Positions 55,655 through 64,000 of a stretch of DNA of 64,000 nucleotides are shown one piece after another; position 1 is the stretch's first letter, and every line of letters begins with the position of its first letter. The DNA is taken from NCBI GenBank assembly GCA_964016885.1, contig OZ024743.1, positions 235,724,001 through 235,788,000 of the forward strand. Direction: 5' to 3'. Below the pieces are notes generated by a model. The model searched no databases. It had not been told where the DNA came from and saw only the letters and a list, made by a program, of their open reading frames with translations. Both the position numbers and the translations under genes were made by a program. Origin of the DNA: Eledone cirrhosa (taxonomy: Eukaryota).

Positions 55655-56460
55655 GCCACATTACTTTCAGAGTGTACTGGGTGTGTGACACCAACACTAC
55701 CACTTTACACAGTGTACTGGGTGTATTATATTGTGACACTAACACTACCACTTTACAGAGTGGACTGGGTACATTATATTGTGACACTAACACACCATTT
55801 TACAGAGTGCACTGGGTGTATTTTATCATGACACCACCACTATCATTTTACAGAGTGTACTGGGTGTATTTTATCATGACACCACCACTACCACTTTACA
55901 GAGTACACTGGGTGTATATATTGAGACACTAACCCACCATTTTACAGAGTACACTGGGTGTATTATATTGTGACACTAACCCACCATTTTACAGAGTGTA
56001 CTGGATGTATTATAGTGTGACACCTACACTTTACAGAGTTGGCTGGGTGTATTTTATAGTGACACCAACATAACCACATTTCAGAGTGTACTGGGTACAT
56101 TATATTGTGACACTAACACTACCACTTTACAGAATGTACTGCATACATTATATTGTGACACTAACACTACCACTTTACAGAGTGTACTGGGTGTATTTTA
56201 TTGTGACACTAACCCGCCATTTTACAGAGTGCACTGGGTGTATTTTATTGTGACACCAATATTACCACTTTACGGAGTGTGCTGCATTTATTTTATTTTG
56301 TCACCAATATTACCACTTTACAGAGTGTACTGCATGTATTTTATTTTGTCACCAACACTACCACTTTACAGAGTGCACTGGGTGCAATCCATTGTGACAC
56401 TAACACTTTGCAGAGTGTAACGAGTACATTATATTGTGAAATTAACACTATTACTTTACA
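55655..56460. repeat. Degenerate about 46-48-bp tandem derived from an RTE 3' UTR motif
   Basis: Unit ccactttacagagtgtactgggtgtattttattgtgacaccaacacta follows an RTE 3' tip at 55543-55660. Confidence 0.85.
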
Positions 56461-56519
56461 GGGCTGAGACATAGGATTTGAGGTAGGTTTGGGATGTGAC
56501 AGACCAAGTTGCTTCTTAA

Positions 56520-58930
56520 TCATAGCTACCACCTATATAATAGGTACCACCTATACCATAGTTACCACCTATATCATAGTTACCACCTATATCACAGTTA
56601 CCACCTATATCATAGGTACCACCAATATCACAGCTACCACCTATACCATAGTTACCACCTATATCACAGCTACCACCTATATCATAGTTACCACCTATAT
56701 CATAGTTACCACCTATACCATAGCTACCACCTATATCACAGCTACCACCTATATCACAGCTACCACCTATATCACAGCTACCACCTATACCATAGTTACC
56801 ACCTATATCATAGTTACCACCTATATCACAGCTACCACCTATATCACAGCTACCACCTATATCACAGCTACCACCTATATCATAGTTACCACCTATATCA
56901 CAGCTACCACCTATACCATAGCTAGCACCTATCACAGTTACCACCTATATCACAGCTACCACCTATACCATAGTTACCACCTATATCATAGTTACCACCT
57001 ATATCACAGCTACCACCTATATCACAGCCACCACCTATATCACAGCTACCACCTATATCACAGCTACCACCTATATCACAGCTACCACCTATATCACAGC
57101 TACCACCTATATCACAGCTACCACCTATACCATAGTTACCACCTATATCACAGCCACCACCTATATCACAGTTACCACCTATATCTCAGCTACCACCTAT
57201 ATCATAGTTACCACCTATATCACAGCTACCACCTATATCATAGGTACCACCTGTACCATAGCTACCACCTATATCACAGCTACCACCTATACCATAGTTA
57301 CCACCTATATCATAGTTACCAGCTATATCACAGCTACCACCTATATCACAGCTACCACCTATATCACAGCTACCACCTATATCACAGCTACCACCTATAT
57401 CATAGCTACCACCTATACCATAGCTACCACCTATATCTCAGCTACCACCTATATCATAGTTACCACCTATATCACAGCTACCACCTATATCACAGCTACC
57501 ACCTATATCACAGCTACCACCTATACCATAGTTACCAGCTATATCATAGTTACCACCTATACCATAGCTACCACCTATATCACAGCTACCACCTATACCA
57601 TAGCTACCACCTATATCACAGCTACCACCTATATCATAGCTACCACCTATACCATAGCTACCACCTATATCACAGCTACCACCTATATCATAGCTACCAC
57701 CTATATCACAGCTACCACCTATATCATAGTTACCAGCTATATCATAGTTACCACCTATACCATAGGTACCACCTATATCACAGTTACCACCTATATCATA
57801 GCTACCACCTATACCATAGCTACCACCTATACCATAGCTACCACCTATATCACAGCTACCACCTATATCTCAGCTACCACCTATATCATAGCTCAGTTAC
57901 GACCTATACCATAGCTACCACCTATATCATAGCTCATAGTTACCACCTACATCATAGCTACCACCTATACCATAGCTACCACCTATACCACAACTACCAC
58001 CTATATCACAGTTAACACCTATACCATAGGTACCACCTATATAATAGGTACCACCTATATCATAGCTACCACCTATATAATAGGTACCACCTATATCATA
58101 GGTACCACCTATATCACAGCTACCACCTATATCACAGTTAACACCTATATCACAGCTACCACCTATACCATAGTTACCACCTATATCAGTTACCACCTAT
58201 ACCATAGTTACCATCTATATCATAGGTACCACCTATACCATAGCTAGCACCTATCACAGCTACCACCTATATCACAGCTACCACCTATATCACAGTTAAC
58301 ACCTATACCATAGCTACCACCTATATCACAGCTACCACCTATACCATAGTTACCACATATCATAGTTACCACCTATACCATAGTTACCATCTATATCATA
58401 GGTACCACCTATACCATAGCTAGCACCTATCACAGCTACCACCTATATCACAGCTACCACCTATATCATAGTTACCACCTATATCACAGCTACCACCTAT
58501 ATCACAGCTACCACCTATATCATAGTTACCATCTATATCATAGCTACTACCTATATCACAGCTACCACCTATATCACAGCTACCACCTATATCACAGCTA
58601 CCACCTATACCATAGCTACCACTTATATCACAGCTACCACCAATACCATAGCTACCACATATAATAGTTACCACCTATATCAGTTACCACCTATACCATA
58701 GCTACCACCTATATCACATCTACCACATATACCATAGCTACCACTTATATCACAGCTACCACCTATATCACAGCCACCACCTATATCACAGTTACCACCT
58801 ATATCACAGCCACCACCTATATCACAGCCACCACCTATATCACAGCTACCACCTATATCACAGCTACCACCTATATCATAGTTACCACCTACATCATAGT
58901 TACCACCTATACCATAGTTATCACTTATAT
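56520..58930. repeat. 18-bp minisatellite, over 130 copies
   Basis: Unit g(c/t)taccacctata(t/c)ca(c/t)a. Confidence 0.97.
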
Positions 58931-60069
58931 CAGAATAATACATCTTGCTAAATAATATTATATTTTTGGCCATAAATCATCATCATCATCATTATTGTCA
59001 GTTTGCTCTATGTATGGGTTGGATAGGTTTAACTTGTGACAGCTCAAGTCGAAGTTACTGCCCTCCTAATACAGATCTACGAATCATGTCATGTCTGAAA
59101 CTGTTCATATTTTGGTAATGTGTAAATATAGAGATCAATAAAATACAAAACTGATTTGAGCATTACTAATGTCTTTGAATATCTGCCAGGACAATGGTTC
59201 CTAAATATATTTTATCATGGAACCAACCTATGGTTACAGAAATCACAAAACCTACAGATATATTTTAAATAAATCGTTTTATACAGAGAAAATATTTACA
59301 TATGTAAAATATAAAAATTTCAGCAAAAGATTCGTTATCTTGCAGAATCCTTTATTTCATTTATCCCCCTGCCCCACAAAAAAAAACAAAAAGAAAAAGA
59401 AAAAAGCAATAACCCCCAAAACAAACTCAGACGTGGTTGTGTGGTTAAGGAGTTCACTTCACAGTTTCAAACTGTCCCATGGCCTGGCACCTTGAGCAAG
59501 TGTCATTTACTTTAGCCAGATTGACCAAACCCCTTGAGAGTACAATTTGGTTGAAGGAAACTGTGTGGAAGCTCACACACATTTATGTCTGTGTATGTGT
59601 GTGTGTGTGTGTGTGTATCCATGTAGATGTGTGTGTGTGTTTGAGAAAAACAAAAAAAGGTAGACACTCTACAATGTGGAAGGAAAGAATAGAAATGAAA
59701 TGAAATTTACAGCTAACACCTTACAGGAGTTGGCTTTCTACAAGATTGCACCTCACAGGAGGTGTCTCGGATGTTTTGTTTAAAGATAGGAGTCCCAGGT
59801 CTTTCTCATATCTCAAACTCTAGCTGGCTTCCTATAAAGCTGCATCTCATTAGAGGTTTCTTAAGTGTTTTAATGATAGGGGCCCCAGGCCTATCATGAA
59901 ATGCAATGTGAAATGAAACTTCTTGCACAAGAAAACAATGTGCTCCCTGGTCAAGATATTGAACCCACAACCTTAGGTCCAACACCCTAACAACTAAGCC
60001 ACACATCTTCCTAACTTTGGAAGGAATGGTAAAGGGTAAGAGAGTGTGTGTCAAACTACAAAACATTAT

Positions 60070-60535
60070 CTAGTATTGGCAGTATTGGTAGAGAGTCGGA
60101 TGCCATGCTTTGACGTATAGAGTTATGGCCCTTGCCATTCTGAGTTCAAATCCCGCCGAGTTTAACTTTGTCTTTTATCCTTACGGAGTCGATAAAATAA
60201 AGTACCAGTAATGTACTGGGTAATTGCTGGCCTTGTACCAAAAGTAGAAACAATTATCTAGTCTCAAGCCTGTCTCAAACAAGAAGGCTCGTCAAGTTGG
60301 TGCTTATCCCAGTTTCGTGGTGTGAAGTGAGTGAGAGTACAAGACTCCCTCCTGGACAGGATGACAGTCCATGGCAGGGTTAAACCCCCAGCAGGATCAC
60401 ATTTTCAGCTGAGTATACTGGAACAATGTGAAATGAAGTGTTTCGCTCAAGAACACAACACACAAACCAGGAATCGAACCCACAACATTATAATTGTAAG
60501 TCCAACACACCTACCACTGGGCCATGAGCCTCCAT
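60070..60535. mobile_element. Two SINEs: 60070-60257 (plus, family 1) and 60270-60535 (minus, family 2)
   Basis: Match to the SINE cores described above. Confidence 0.8.
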
Positions 60536-62214
60536 GGGGAATACTGAAATACTTCCAATATAGAAGTTTCCAACCAATAACTTACAAACAAGTTCTGGCA
60601 GATACCAACACTGGGGTGAATATATTAATGGGGGTATTAACAGGATTTAAACTAAACATAGCCACAGCTGGGTAGCTAGTTAAAGGGTAACCTGTAGGGA
60701 TTGCTTTAATTTTACTGCACCATAAATCTTAATTGAACATAATCAGGTGATACATAACAAGCAGGACTTTGAATAAGATCCTCCAAGAAATTTTGGTAAT
60801 TCTGATCAAATCTGTCCTTTCATGGCTGCATTTCTAATGAAATTACTCTGTTTTAATTAGTTTATTATTTCATTACTAAGATAGTAACTAAATGTAAAGT
60901 TCTTATATAAAATTATGTTGGAAGATTCTAATTTAAATTGAAAACCTTAAAAATGGGCAGTTTTATTTTATAGAACCAGAGCTGGTTTTGGTAGGGTTAG
61001 AAACTAAAGGGTTGACTCCTTTTATCCTCATTGATTGTCCAATTTTATATATTGACATGAGTTGGATGGGTCACCACAGACCAAACTCTACTAAATAACA
61101 TCCACTAGTTTTAAGAATATTTGTTGGGTTATGTTCCAAATGCTAACCTAATCCTTTGGATAACAAACCACCCCTGGTTCTATTATATAAAACTGTTTAT
61201 TTTAAAGTGTTTATATTCATCTAAAACCTTTCCATCATAACTTTATAGAGGTATCTTTATTAAACTATGCACCAAATACCAGATTACTATTGAACAAGTT
61301 AGTTATATTACTGAATCCCTACAAATTCTTGATAATTTTCAAAACCATGAGTAGCGATTTTTTTAATAGAACTATAAGAGTTATTTTATAAAATCTTGAT
61401 TATTTTGAAAATTAACTGAAAACTGTAGTTAGTATCTTTATATGAAATATGGCAACAAAAGTGTTCCCAAAAATCTTAAATGGAACCAGAACCAATATAA
61501 ATGGCAAAGAATCTAAGACATGTGATATCTCCTCATATATCTCCACCATAACATCTTACCATGTGATATCTCCTCATTTACCTCCACTATAACATCTTTC
61601 TTTATATCCCCTATCATATCAACACTGCAGCAGCCTCCTCCTCCCCATCACACCACCTCACCATATCTAATATAACTAATATACACCACCTCACCACCTC
61701 CCTATAGCTAATATCACACATCACCATCATACCATCATCCCCACCACCTCCCTATAGCTAACATCACACCACCTCACCACCTCCCTATAACTAACATCAC
61801 ACCACCTCACCACCACCCTATAGCTAACATCCCACCACCTCACCCTCTCCACACCACCCTATAGCTAACATCACACCACCTCACCCCCATACCCCACCAA
61901 AATACCAATTCCAATGACAATTCTACTCTAATGTTGCCATTCTCAAACAATTTCTAGATTAATGAGAAAATGACAACATATTTGTCTTTCCTCATATAAT
62001 AATTACACATAAGTAAGATAGACTAAAATATATGACAAACCCAGAGCAACAAGCACCAGGACATAACAGTGTTTACCAAATTAGAATTCAATAAATTAAA
62101 ATGAAGCTGTTATTTACATTTCCTCTTTTCAAATTAGCATGTTTTCTACAGTAAAATAATCTTCCCACACTAAAATCAATCCTAGTTTGTTATCTGTCAC
62201 ATTATATAAAGCAG

Positions 62215-64000
62215 CAGGAAATGCCAGTGGAAGGAAGCTGCAGAAGAGATAGACCAGGGAAGACCTGGGTAGAGGCTGTGAGAGAGACCAGAGAAGACCT
62301 GGGCAGAGGCTGTGAGAGAGACCAGGGAAGACCTGGGCAGAAGCTGTGAGAGAGACCAGGGAAGACCTGGGCAGAGGCTGTGAGAGAGACCAGGGAAGAC
62401 CTGGGCAGAGGCTGTGAGAGAGACCAGGGAAGACCTGGGTAGAGGCTGTGAGAGAGACCAGGGAAGACCTGGGCAGAGGCTGTGAGAGAGACCAGGGAAG
62501 ACCTGGGCAGAGGCTGTGAGAGAGACAAGGGAAGACCCGGGCAGAGGCTGTGAGAGAGACCAGGGAAGACCTGGGCAGAGGCTGTGAGAGAGACCAGGGA
62601 AGACCTGGGCAGAGGCTGTGAGAGAGACCAGGGAAGACCTGGGCAGAGGCTGTGAGAGAGACCAGGGAAGACCTGGGCAGAGGCTGTGAGAGAGACCAGG
62701 GAAGACCTGGGCAGAGGCTGTGAGAGAGACCAGGGAAGACCTGGGCAGAGGCTGTGAGAGAGACCAGGGAAGACCTGGGCAGAGGCTGTGAGAGTGACCA
62801 GGGAAGAGGCTGTGAGAGAGACCAGGGAAGAGGCTGTGAGAGACCAGGGTAGAGGCTATGAGAGAGACCAGGGAAGAGGCTGTGAGAGAGACCAGGGAAG
62901 AGGCTGTGAGAGAGACCAGGGAAGAGGCTGTGAGAGAGACCAGGGAAGAGGCTGTGAGAGACCAGGGAAGAGGCTATGAGAGAGACCAGGGAAGAGGCTG
63001 TGAGAGAGACCAGGGAAGAGGCTGTGAGAGAGACCAGGGAAGAGGCTGTGAGAGAGACCAGGGAAGACCTGGGTAGAGGCTGTGAGAGAGACCAGGGAAG
63101 ACCTGGGCAGAGGCTGTGAGAGAGACCAGGGAAGAGGCTGTGAGAGAGACCAGGGAAGAGGCTGTGAGAGACCAGGGTAGAGGCTGTGAGAGAGACCAGG
63201 GTAGAGGCTATGAGAGAGACCAGGGAAGAGGCTGTGAGAGAGACCAGGGAAGAGGCTGTGAGAGAGACCAGGGAAGAGGCTGTGAGAGACCAGGGAAGAG
63301 GCTATGAGAGAGACCAGGGAAGAGGCTATGAGAGAGACCAGGGAAGAGGCTGTGAGAGAGACCAGGGAAGAGGCTGTGAGAGAGACCAGGGAAGAGGCTG
63401 TGAGAGAGACCAGGGAAGAGGCTGTGAGAGAGACCAGGGAAGACCTGGGTAGAGGCTGTGAGAGAGACCAGGGAAGACCTGGGCAGAGGCTGTGAGAGAG
63501 ACCAGGGAAGAGGCTGTGAGAGAGACCAGGGAAGAGGCTGTGAGAGAGACCAGGGAAGAGGCTGTGAGAGACCAGAGTAGAGGCTATGAGAGAGACCAGG
63601 GAAGAGGCTGTGAGAGAGACCAGGGAAGAGGCTGTGAGAGACCAGGGAAGAGGCTGTGAGAGACCAGGGAAGAGGCTATGAGAGAGACCAGGGAAGAGGC
63701 TGTGAGAGAGACCAGGGAAGAGGCTGTGAGAGAGACCAGGGAAGAGGCTGTGAGAGAGACCAGGGAAGAGGCTGAGAGAGAGACCAGGGAAGAGGCTGTG
63801 AGAGACCAGGGAAGAGGCTGTGAGAGACCAGGGAAGAGGCTGAGAGAGAGACCAGGGAAGAGGCTGTGAGAGACCAGGGAAGAGGCTGGGAGAGAGACCA
63901 GGGAAGAGGCTGTGAGAGAGACCAGGGAAGAGGCTGAGAGAGAGACCAGGGAAGAGGCTGAGAGAGAGACCAGGGAAGAGGCTGTGAGAGACCAGGGAAG
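62215..64000. repeat. 34-bp then 24/22-bp minisatellite grown from an RTE ORF fragment
   Basis: Starts as EMPVEGSCRRDRPGKTWVEAVRE. Unit gagagagaccagggaaga(cctgggcaga)ggctgt; runs off the window end. Confidence 0.95.

Noticed and set aside
56489-58973. HSYHLY and DIGGSC repeat ORFs
   Set aside because: 18-bp minisatellite with frame-breaking indels.

Overview
AT-rich, repeat-saturated animal genomic DNA. The SINE, RTE and piggyBac-MITE repeat types and long (TA)n/(CA)n tracts suggest a cephalopod (octopus-like) genome; this is an inference. The only host gene seen is two small minus-strand exons (20662-20720 and 12158-12245). They splice in frame to ASYTGSSSEEEDINPKDKLQ|[29 protein letters not shown], the N-terminal part of an adenosylhomocysteinase-like (AHCYL1/2, IRBIT-type) protein. 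Much or all of the window is therefore probably intron. The main mobile element is an apparently intact CR1-type LINE (about 32.4-36.7 kb). Its ORF1 ends in a canonical G_GGA_AAC -1 slippery site leading into an ORF2 with no usable AUG. Also present are a DD37D (maT) Tc1/mariner element, a non-autonomous Helitron, piggyBac-like MITEs, RTE/CR1/CRE fragments and tRNA-SINEs. There are many Penelope-like element ends with fold-back palindromes and type I hammerhead ribozymes, and about ten minisatellites, several amplified from transposon sub-sequences. Most long ORFs in the track are tandem-repeat artefacts.
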